DNA from: Mobula hypostoma
Lineage: Eukaryota
DNA: 64,000 bases
Direction of reading: 5' to 3'
Assembly (NCBI RefSeq): GCF_963921235.1
Contig: NC_086108.1
Location: forward strand, 51,772,001 to 51,836,000
The notes beneath the pieces were generated by a model. That model was not told the origin of the DNA. It ran no database searches and saw only the letters and a program-made list of their open reading frames with translations. Of this stretch, positions 51,875 to 61,795 are shown piece after piece (within the stretch, counting starts at the first letter, position 1; each line of letters begins with the position of its first letter). Made by a program: the position numbers and the translations under genes.

Positions 51875-52952
51875 TTACTACAAAATACTCTGCAGATGCT
51901 GGGGTCAAAGCAACACTCACAACCTGCTGGAGGAACTCAGCAGGTTGGGCAGCATCCGTGGAAATGATGAGTCGATATTTCGGGCCGGAACCCTTCGTCA
52001 GGACTGTAGAGGGAAGGGGCAGAGGCCCTATAAAGAAGATGGGGGGAGGGTGGGAAGGAGAAGGCTGGTAGGTTCCAGGTGAAAAACCAGCAAGGGGAAA
52101 GATAAAGGGGTGGGGGAGGGGAGGCAGGGAGGTGATAGGCAGGAAAGGTGAAGAAGGAATAGGGGAAAACACAATGGGTAGTAGAAGGAGGCGGAACAAT
52201 GAGGGAGGTGATAGGCAGCTGGGGGAGGGGGCAGAGTGAAATAGGGATAGAGGAAGGGAGGGGGAGGGAATTACCGGAAGTTGGAGAATTCTATGTTCCT
52301 ACCAAGGGGCTGGAGACTACCTAGACGGTATATGAGGAGGTTGCTCCTCCATCCTGAGTTTAGCCTCATCATGGCAGTAGCGGAGACCATGTATGAACAT
52401 ATCTGAATGGGAATGGGAAGCAGAATTGAAGTGGGTGGCAACTGGGAGATCCTGTCTGTTGTTGCGGACGGAGCAGAGGTGCTCGACGAAGCGGTCCCCC
52501 AGTCTGTTTCACCGATGTAGAGGTGGCCTTACCGGGAGCACCGGATGCAATAGATAACCCCAACAGACTCACAAGTGAAGTGTTGCCTCACCTGAAAGGA
52601 CTGTTTAGGGCCCTGAATGGTGGCAAGAGAGGAGGTGTAGGGACTGGCGTAGCACTTACACTTACGGGGATAAGTGCCGGGTGGGAGGTGTGGATCAGGG
52701 AGTTGCAGAGGGACCAATCTCTGCAGAAAGCAGCAAGGGGTGGAGAGGGAAAGATGTGCTTAGTGGTGGGGTCCTGTTGAAGGTGGCAGAAGTTGCGGAG
52801 GATAATGTGCAGGATCCGGAGGGTGGTGGGGTGGTAGGTGAGGACAAGGGGAACTTTGTCCCTGTTGTGGTGGCTGGAGGATGGGGTGAGGGCCCTTCTG
52901 CCGTCATCAATGATGTCCTCACCCGCATCTCCTCCACTTCCCGCACTTCGGC
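51875..52952 (-). mobile_element. Penelope-like element 3' fragment with inverted 5' segment
   Basis: PGTYPRKCKCY...FTCESVGVIYCIRCSR GIY-YIG region; 52893-52952 is the upstream continuation in the opposite orientation. Confidence 0.88.
51970..52005 (-). ncRNA. Minimal hammerhead ribozyme motif (variant)
   Basis: Minus strand: AGTC-CTGACGA-A-GGG(ttccgg)CCC-GAAA-TA-TC-GACT; stem III palindrome ATAT, AUC triplet. Confidence 0.72.
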
Positions 52953-53559
52953 ACCTCTAGCTCTAGTCCACCCAACTTCAGTGGAAAAAACTTGCTTGCA
53001 TTTACCCTATCTATACCCCTCAGAATTTTGTATACTTCTATCAAATCTCACCTCATTCTCCTACACTTGAAGGAATAAAGTCCCAGCCTATTCAACCTTT
53101 CTATATAACTCAGGTCCTCAAGTCCTGGCAATATCCTTGTAAATTTTCTCTACACTCTTTCAATCTTATTTACATCTTTCTTGTAGGCAGGTGACCAGAA
53201 CTGCACAAAATACTCCAAATTAGGCCTCACCAATGTCTTGTACAACAACGTAACATCTCAATTCCTGTACGCAATAATTTGATTTATGAAGGTCAATGTG
53301 CCAACAGCTCTCTTTAGGACCCTATCTACTTGCGACTGCACTTTCAAGGAATTATGTATCTGTATTCCCAGATCCATCTGTTCTACTGCATTGATCAGTG
53401 CCCTGCTGCTTACCATGTAAGCCCTATCCTGGTCTGTCCTCCAAAAGTGTAACATCTCACACTTGTCTACATTAAATTATATCTGCCATTTTTCAAGCAA
53501 CACACATAAAAGTTGCTGGTGAACGCAGCAGGCCAGGCAGCATCTCTAGGAAGAGGTGC

Positions 53560-53595
53560 AGTCGACGTTTCAGGCCGAGACCCTTCGTCAGGACT
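53560..53595 (-). ncRNA. Minimal type I hammerhead ribozyme motif
   Basis: Minus strand: AGTC-CTGACGA-AGG(gtctcgg)CCT-GAAA-CG-TC-GACT. Confidence 0.82.
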
Positions 53596-54430
53596 AACTG
53601 AAGGAAGAGTGAGTAAGGGATTTGAAAGTTGGAGGGGGAGGGGGAGATCCAAAATGATAGGAGAAGACAGGAGGGGGAGGGATGGAGCCAAGAGCTGGAC
53701 AGGTGATAGGCAAAAGGGATACGAGAGGATCATGGGACAGGAGGTCTGGGAAGAAAGACAAGGAGGTGGGGGGGGACCCAGAGGATGGGCAAGGGGTATA
53801 TTCAGAGGGACAGAGGGAGAAAAAGGAGAGTGAGAGAAAGTGTGTATAAAAATAAGTAACAGATGGGGTACGAGGGGGAGGTGGGGCATTAGCGGAAGTT
53901 AGAGAAGTTGATGTTCATGCCATCAGGTTGGAGGCTACCCAGACGGAATATAAGGTGTTGTTCCTCCAACCTGAGTGTGTCTTCATCTTTACAGTAGAGG
54001 AGGCCGTGGATAGACATGTCAGAATGGGAATGGGATGTGGAATTAAAATGTGTGGCCACTGGGAGATCCTGCTTATATTCCGTCTGGGTAGCCTCCAACC
54101 TGATGGCATGAATATCAACTTCTCTAACTTCCGCTAATGCCCCACCTCCCCCTCGTACCCCATCTGTTACTTATTTTTATACACACTTTCTCTCACTCTC
54201 CTTTTTCTCCCTCTGTCCCTCTGAATATACCCCTTGCCCATCCTCTGGGTCCCCCCCCACCTCCTTGTCTTTCTTCCCAGACCTCCTGTCCCATGATCCT
54301 CTCGTATCCCTTTTGCCTATCACCTGTCCAGCTCTTGGCTCCATCCCTCCCCCTCCTGTCTTCTCCTATCATTTTGGATCTCCCCCTCCCCCTCCAACTT
54401 TCAAATCCCTTACTCACTCTTCCTTCAGTT

Positions 54431-54466
54431 AGTCCTGACGAAGGGTCTCGGCCTGAAACGTCGACT
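54431..54466 (+). ncRNA. Minimal type I hammerhead ribozyme motif
   Basis: AGTC-CTGACGA-AGG(gtctcgg)CCT-GAAA-CG-TC-GACT; predicted cleavage after 54462. Confidence 0.82.
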
Positions 54467-55078
54467 GCACCTCTTCCTAGAGATGCTGCCTGGCCTGCTG
54501 CGTTCACCAGCAACTTTTATGTGTGTTGCTTGAATTTCCAGCATCTGCAGAATTCCTGTTGTCTGCCATTTTTCAGCCCATTTGTCCAGCAGGTCCAGAT
54601 CCCATTGCGAACTTTGATAGCCTTACTCACTATCCACCACACTCCCAGCCTTAGAGTCATCCAAAAAGCCACTTTGACAATCCCTAATCAGTCCCTGTCT
54701 ATCCAAATACTTATATATCCGGTCCGTTAGAATACCTTCCAATTACTTACCCATTACAGGCTCACCGGCCTATAATTTCCCAGCTTATTTTTAGAACCTT
54801 TGTTAAACAATGGAACAAATTAGCAATCGTCCAATCCTCTGGCATCTCACCCATTACCAAGGATGTTTTAAATATCTCTGCTAGGGCCCCTGCAATTTCC
54901 CTACTAGCCTCCCAGAAGGTCCAAAAGAATACCTTATCTGGTCCTGGGGATTTAGCCATCTTAATTTGCCTCAATATAGTCCATAACCTCCCTGCCATTT
55001 TGCCTTACGTCTACAGATTCTGTGTCCATCTCCTGAGTAAATACAGATGCATAAAATCTATTTAAGATCTCATCTATG

Positions 55079-55672
55079 TGTAACACGCTGCAAGATTTCA
55101 CTGCTAAGACTGAGACTAAAACTAGTGTAATGTTTCACTGCTAATGTAATGGTTTCTCTGTAGCAGCAATGTTTGGGTTATGACTAGAGATAACGGGACT
55201 TTAGAATGCGGGGTCTATCCAATGAGAAAATGTTATTCTTTCTTGTGTGTCTGGAAGCCGAGATTTTCAGGGTCTTTCATCAGGGAGCGATAAAGAGGGA
55301 ACACGAATGGAGAGAGTCAGAAGACCACCGGATGGAGTGGACTGAGGAGCAAGGGTTCCGAGGGCCGGCTACGCTTGGAGGTCGACGGGAATAAATGAAC
55401 AAACAGTGAGCTCCAATGATGTGCAATAGACTTTTTCCTTAATATGGGCCCTTCTACTTTTTATTTTCTTTACTAACTCTCTATCCAGATTAAGATTTAT
55501 AAAGTACAATCATTTAATTGCATATGGTGTACTGTCTGATATTTTGCAGTACGGATTTGTAACTGGGCAACACATCACGCAGCATCCACACAAACAAGAT
55601 TTCTCAGTTTGGCGGGGCCAGAAGTTGTTTTTCCCCTAGACTAACACATGCTGGCCAAGCCTAAGGGTTACA
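55079..55672. mobile_element. Solo LTR (594 bp)
   Basis: TGTAAC...GTTACA termini; 4-bp TSD (t/c)atg; interrupts CR1 family E. Confidence 0.8.
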
Positions 55673-55825
55673 CATGCCTAGATAACAACTCTGATATTGA
55701 AGAGGACCAATTTTGTCCCTCGCTTTTAATATATCTGTAGAAGCCCTTGGGTCCTTCACTTTTTCTGCTAGAGCAACCTCATGCCTTCTTTTATCCCTTC
55801 TGAACTGTTGTCTTGTATTTCTCAT

Positions 55826-56827
55826 TTCATTTTATTTTAAAATCTTTTTTATTAATTATTATTGAAAATCAACAAAAAATACATTAAAGTAATCAAGTCA
55901 ACATGCCAATACGTACAATAAGAATTAAATGATCACATAACTGATTAACAAAGCTAAAGAATATATCAATAATAATAAGAAAAAAATAAAATGTTAAAAC
56001 TTTTTTTTTGGAAAAAAGAAAGAAGGAAAAAAGAATCCCTACTAACTAAAACAAAAAAAACCCCTACTAACAAAAAAAAACCCATTGGGAGCACAACCCC
56101 GGAGCTATATACCGTACAAGCTTCCATAAAAGAGAAACATCAATCCACCAACTCAAATCCATTTACACAAGAATCAGAAGGGGACCATCTTAATTAACTC
56201 AAATCAAATGATAGTAGCGGGCAAAAGAACCCCATCTTTTCTCAAAGTCAAATCAAGGATCAAAAGTTCGACTTCTGATTTTCTCCAAACTAAGACATAA
56301 CATCACCTGAGAGAACTATTGTATCAAAGTGGGAGCAGAGGCATATTTGCATTTCAATAAAATAGCCCTTCTGGCCAGTAATGTGACAAATGCAATTACA
56401 TGTTGGTCTGATATAGAAATACCATGAATATATTGAGGGATTATACCGATGAAAACTGTCAATTTATTAGGTTGTAAATTAATTTTTGAAGCTTTAGAAA
56501 TTGTAGAGAAAATAGATTTCCAAAACTGTTTCAATACAGAACACGATCAAAACATATGTGTCAATGTGGCTGTCTCAGTTTTGCATCTATCACACTATCT
56601 ATCAACATTAGGAAATATTTTAGACAGTCTCTCCTTTGTCAAATAGTAATGATGTACAATTTTAAATTGATTTAAAGAGTGACTGACACAAATCAAAGAA
56701 GAGTTAACCAACTTCAAAATTCGCAATCAATCCTCTGTTATCAAGGTCATGTTAAGCTCTCTTTCCCAATCTTGCTTAATCTTAAGTAAAGGATAATTGT
56801 ACTGTTGTAATAGTAAATGTGAGTACA
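55826..56827 (-). mobile_element. L1-clade LINE 3' fragment
   Basis: CDRCKTETATLTHMF.SC (C-terminal CCHC), QFWKSIF...LLARRAILLK; A-rich tail; 15-bp TSD tcttg(t/c)atttctcat (55811-55825 / 56828-56842). Confidence 0.85.
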
Positions 56828-57858
56828 TCTTGCATTTCTCATACTCCTCAAATACCTCATTTGGTTCTTCATGTTTATACCTGCTATACACTTCTTTCTT
56901 CTCAATATCTCTCGAAAACCAAGGTTCCCTAAATCTCTTATTCTTGCCTTTTATTCTGACAGGAACATACAAACTCTGTACTCTCAAAATTTCACTTTTG
57001 AAGTCCTTCCACTTGCCAAACACACTTTTGGCTGTAAACAACCTGTCCCAGTCCACACTTGCCAAATAATTTCTGATACCATCAAAAATGGCCTTTTCCC
57101 AATTTAGAATCTCAGCCTGAGGACCAAAACTATCCTTCTTCATAATTATATTGAAACTAATGACATTATGATCACTATATGCAAAGTGTTCCCCTACACA
57201 AACTTCTGTCACCTGCCCTGTCTCATTCCCTAATAGGGGATCAAGTATCACACTCCCTCTGGTTGAAACCTCTATGTTTTGATTAAGGAAACTTTCCTGA
57301 ACACATCTGACAAACTCTTTCCCATCCAGCCCTTTTCTGGTATGGGAGTCCCAGTCAATATGAGGAAAATTAATATTACCTACTATCACAGCCTTATGTT
57401 TCTTGGAAGAGTCTGCAATCTCTCTACAAATTTGCTCCTCTAAATCACGTGGACTGTTGGGTGGTCTATAATATAATCCCATTACTGTGGTTATCTCTTT
57501 CTTATTCCTCAGTTCCGTCCATATAGCCTCAGTAGACCAGCTCTCCAGCCTGTCCTGTCTGAGCACTGCCGTAACATTTTCCCTGATTAGTAATGCCACC
57601 CATCCCCTTTTAAACCTTCTCACTCTATTACATCTGAAACAATGGGCTGCCAGTCCTGCCCCACCTACAACCAAGTCTCACTCGTGACTACAATGTCATA
57701 ATTCCATGTGCCCCTAGTTCATCTGCCTTTTGTATAATACTTAAGAATTATATTTTTGGCATGTTAAAATAGTCCCCTAACAAAGCACCAAAGAGGATCA
57801 GGAATATCTTGGAGGAAAACTGAATTCTGTCATCCCATCAGATTGGGCATTTTGATTG

Positions 57859-57985
57859 CTGACGAAGGGTCTCGGCCTGAAACGTCGACTGCGCCTCTTC
57901 CTATAGATGCTGCTTGGCCTGCTGCGTTCACCAGCAACTTTGATGTGTGTTGCTTGAATTTCCAGCATCTGCAGAATTCCTGTTG
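57859..57985 (+). mobile_element. ~125-bp Penelope-derived mini-element starting exactly at the hammerhead core
   Basis: CTGACGA-AGG(gtctcgg)CCT-GAAACGTC-GACT followed by terminal sequence; 9-bp TSD ttgattgct (57852-57860 / 57983-57991). The 5' strand of stem I is missing. Confidence 0.88.
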
Positions 57986-59555
57986 ATTGCTTTATCCTTC
58001 TTCATTAGTGAGATCACCCCAAATGCTCCCTAGCATGATTAATCCACTGAAGGCAACCTAATAGGGAACCTGATGTGGAAATTCACCAAAATGAGCAAAG
58101 GGAGGTCACAGGCGGCAACTGCAAAATTTTGAGGATGGTGTACACTGGAAACAAAATGTACAAGCAGTCTTACAATATAAGTTTGTTTACAAATGTACCA
58201 CATATTTTGCAAGTTCTGGGGGAACTTGTATGTTAAATTTTAAATATTGTATGGGTGATTAATGTTTACATGAATTTGTCATTCTGAACTTCAATTGCAG
58301 CTTCTCATCATTCAATTAGAGGGAGAATATCAAACACAAATGCACCCTGAGAACCATAAGCAAATAAATGAGATTTATTGTAAAAGTTCAGTGAGAATTT
58401 TTTTGTGTGAAACAGTCAAATTAATTAATAAATGGAATTCAGCTTTAAATTAGCAGAATGATTGAGAAGAGTGGTGAGTGAGTGAGAAAGAAACTGCAAA
58501 ACAATGAAATGTAAAGGGATCTATACACCTAATTCAAATTACTGTACATCAGCTCCCACACCACCCCCACTGACTCCAGTGGTAATTTCCTGAGATCTTT
58601 AACCTCTCACTTCACCAGTCTGGAGTACCCACAGGCTTCAATTATATCAGTGCCTAACAAGAACGTGGTGACCTTCCTCAATGACCATCACCCAGTAGCA
58701 CTTACATACACAGTGATGAAGTATTTTGAGAGGTTGGTGATGAAACATATCAAGTCCTGCCTGAGAAGAAACTTAGATTTGCTCCAATTTGCCTACTGGA
58801 GCAGCAGGTCCACCACAAATGCCATCTCATTAGCTGTTCACTCAACCCTGGAACATCTGGACAGCAAAGATGCATACAACAGGATGCTCTATATTGACTA
58901 CAGCTCAGAATTCAATACCATCATCTCTGCAAAACTAATCAATAAGCTCCAAGACCTCAGTCTGAATTCCTCTTTGTGCTATTGGATCCTTGATTTCCTC
59001 ACTTGCAGATCCCAGTCAGTTCGGATTGACAACAATATCTCTCCACGATCTCCATCAGCACAGGTGCACCAAAAGGCTGTGTGCTTGGTCCCCTGCTCTA
59101 CTCACTTTACACTTATGACTGTGTGGCTAAGCACTGCTCCAATACCATATTCTTTTGCTGATAACTGTCACAATGGCGGGGGCATTGGGAGCAAGGGTGG
59201 ACCCAAATGCAAGACACATCTTGTGAGGTTACTTAAATTTAGTTTATTGTTCGAAACCAGGAGAGCAAGGCAGGAGTAGGAATAGCGCACTGGACAAGGA
59301 CTGAGGACTACGACTAGGCTGGAATCAAGAGTTTGGGCTTGGACTCGGAATCGGCTCCCAGAACTAGAGGAGACATGGGGAGGCTAGGGTATGGACTCCG
59401 AGCCCGAGACTGGGCAAGGACCCAGTACCTGGGTCTTGCCTCGGGCTCGGACCCCAGAACCAGGCATGGACATGACATGGGCTAGGGAAGAGGAGGAACA
59501 TGGGAACACAGAGCCTCAGTCTCGGGAGAGCAGGTGCATGGAACCATGGACACAT

Positions 59556-59843
59556 ACACAGAATACAGAGTCGGGACCCCTCCTTGGGTACAGGACATAG
59601 GGCCGGGACTCGCACACAGAACAGAGAGCCGGGACCCCTCCTTGGGTACAGGACATAGGGCCGGGACTCGCACACAGAACAGAGAGCCAGGACCCCTCCT
59701 TGGGTAGAGGACATAGGGCCGGGACTCGCACACAGACCAGAGAGCCGGGACCCGTCCTTGGGTACAGGACATAGGGCCGGGACTCGCACACAGAACAGAG
59801 AGCCAGGACCCCTCCTTGGGTACAGGATATAGGGCCGGGACTC
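59556..59843. repeat. 58-bp tandem repeat, ~5 copies
   Basis: (g/a)ggaccc(c/g)tccttgggta recurs at 59573, 59631, 59689, 59747 and 59805. Confidence 0.95.
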
Positions 59844-60055
59844 ATGACCCTCCGGGGGACAACGGCAAGACGGCCTGACTTACCCCATGGAGGCCAGGAC
59901 AAGACACGACAAGACATGACCCCCCGCGGGGCAACGGCAAGACTGCCTGACTTACCCCACGGAGGCAAAGACAGGACAAGACATGACATGACTCCCCGTG
60001 GGGCAACGGCAAGACGGCCAGACTTACCCCACGGAGACGAGGTCAAGACAAGACC
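59843..60055. repeat. 72-bp tandem repeat, 3 copies
   Basis: catgac...caacggcaagac..cc.gacttacccca at 59843, 59915 and 59987. Confidence 0.92.
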
Positions 60056-60240
60056 AACACGAATGAACACCAGACAGTACCTATCTAGCTCCGGTGATGG
60101 AACTAGACCGAAGTGCAGGTGGGGGCTGCAGACGAGGGCTAGAGGTGAGAGGGGCAGAGAAGGGATTCAGACAAGGTGGTAGGACAGGAATCACAGACTG
60201 CCAGGGCCAGGACTAGACTCAGAACTGGGAAGCTGCCAGG

Positions 60241-60440
60241 GCCAGGACTTGACATGGTACTTGAACGCCACCAGGGAAAGGACTTGACATGGTACTTGAA
60301 TGCCGCCAGGACCAGGACATGGACGTAGTACTTGGATGCCACCAGAGCCAAGACGTGGACGTGGTACTTGGATGCCACCGGAGCCAGGACGTGGACATGG
60401 TACTTGGACGCCGCAGGAGCCAGGACGTGGTGCTTGGAAC
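60241..60440. repeat. ~36-bp tandem repeat, ~5.5 copies
   Basis: gtacttg(a/g)a(c/t)gcc recurs every 35-36 bp. Confidence 0.9.
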
Positions 60441-61795
60441 TTCCAGGTAGTGCCAAGTTCTTGACTCGGCCTGGGAAAAGTAGACAGCGGCTCTTGATTC
60501 TCTCTGGCGCGTTAACTGACGGACCCACCTTGATGAGCAAACTTTGCAGGCTCGCTTCGGCGAGGTAACTGGACAGGGTTGCTCCAGTGAGGAAAGGTGA
60601 ATTACCGGCACTCGCTTTGGGCGGAACAAGGCTTGCTCCGGCCAGATGACATTGGCACGCCGTGACTTTGCAGACTTTGCAGACGCTCCCGCCCCAAACG
60701 GCTGAAAGCCGGAGATTATAAACTACCGGTTCAGCCGAGTGTTAATTGCCTCTAATCACCAAAGTCGAGGAACACAGGAAAACAGGGAATCAACAGTCTG
60801 GATCGTAACATAAACAAGCTACATTTAAAGGGACCCCGATCCGGACCATGACAATAACACCATCGTCGTAGGCTGAACCAAAGATGGTGATGAATCAGCA
60901 CATGGGGGGAGATTGAAAATCTGGCCAAGTGGTGCCATAACAGCAAGCTGTTACTCGATGTCAGTAAGACCAAGGAGCTGATTATAGACTTCAGGAGAAG
61001 AAAACCAGAGGTCCATGAGCCATTCCTTATTGGAGAAACCAGAGGTGGAGAGGATTAGCAACTTCAAATCCCAAGGTATTATTATTTTGGAGAACCTGTC
61101 CTGAGCCCAGCCATGAACTGAAGAAAGCACCACAGCATCTTTACTTCCTTAGAAGTTTACAGAGATTCGGCATGACATCTAAAACACTGACAAACTTCTA
61201 TAGGTGTGTAATGGACAGTACATTGACTGGCTGCATTATATCCTAGTGTGGAAACAGCAGCGCCCTTAAATGGAAAATCCTACAAAAAAAATAGTGGATA
61301 CGGCCCAGTCCATCACAGGTAAAAGCCCTCTCCACCATTGAGCACATCTACATGAAGTGCTGTCATAGGAAAGCAGCATCCAAAGTCAGGGACCCCATCT
61401 CCCAGGGCATGTTCTCTTCCAGCTGCTGCCATCAGGAAGAAGCTACAGGAGCCTCAGGTCTCACACCATCCGGTTCAGAAACAGTTATTGCCCCTCAACT
61501 ATGAGGCTCTTGAACCAGAGGGGATAACTTCACTCATCTTCAATTGCCCCATCACTGAAATGTTCCGAGAACCAATGGACTCATTCTTAAAGGATTCTTC
61601 ATTTCATGTTCTCAATATTTATTTTTTATTTATTATTATTGCTACTTATTATATTTGCACAGTTTGTTGTCTTCTGCACTCTAGTTGGACGCCCCAGTTG
61701 GACAGTCTTTCACTGATTCTGTATGGTTATTATTCTATAGATTTATTGAGTATGTCCACAAGAAAATGAATCTCAGGGTTGTATATGGTGACATA

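Larger units (their letters stand above)
53496..54561. mobile_element. Fold-back Penelope-like insertion (inverted copy plus forward copy)
   Basis: 463-bp arms 53492-53954 / 54072-54534, 117-bp spacer, 14-bp TSD tctgccatttttca (53482-53495 / 54562-54575). Confidence 0.93.
51639..57720 (-). mobile_element. CR1 LINE (family E) hosting four nested insertions
   Basis: 3' tail at 51639; RT remnants at 52953-53495 and 54562-55078; APE ORF 56727-57674 (GLYYRPPNS, SDH). Confidence 0.85.
59166..60853 (-). mobile_element. Long solo LTR-like element (1688 bp) with three minisatellites
   Basis: TGTCA...TGACA termini; ATAAC TSD (59161-59165 / 60854-60858); minus-strand AATAAA at 59243-59248. Confidence 0.85.

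Noticed and set aside
53513..54513. Identical 106-aa ORFs on opposite strands suggesting a duplicated gene
   Set aside because: They are antisense readings of the PLE 3' UTR within the palindrome arms.
53482..54575. Palindrome as an assembly artefact
   Set aside because: A single 14-bp TSD, asymmetric tail, junction microhomology and at least one arm mismatch argue for a real insertion; read-level confirmation is still advisable.
59556..60440. Regular repeats resembling a CRISPR array or a repetitive protein gene
   Set aside because: Units are head-to-tail with no unique spacers, in a eukaryotic LTR-like context. The repetitive ORFs on both strands are by-products of GC-rich repeats.
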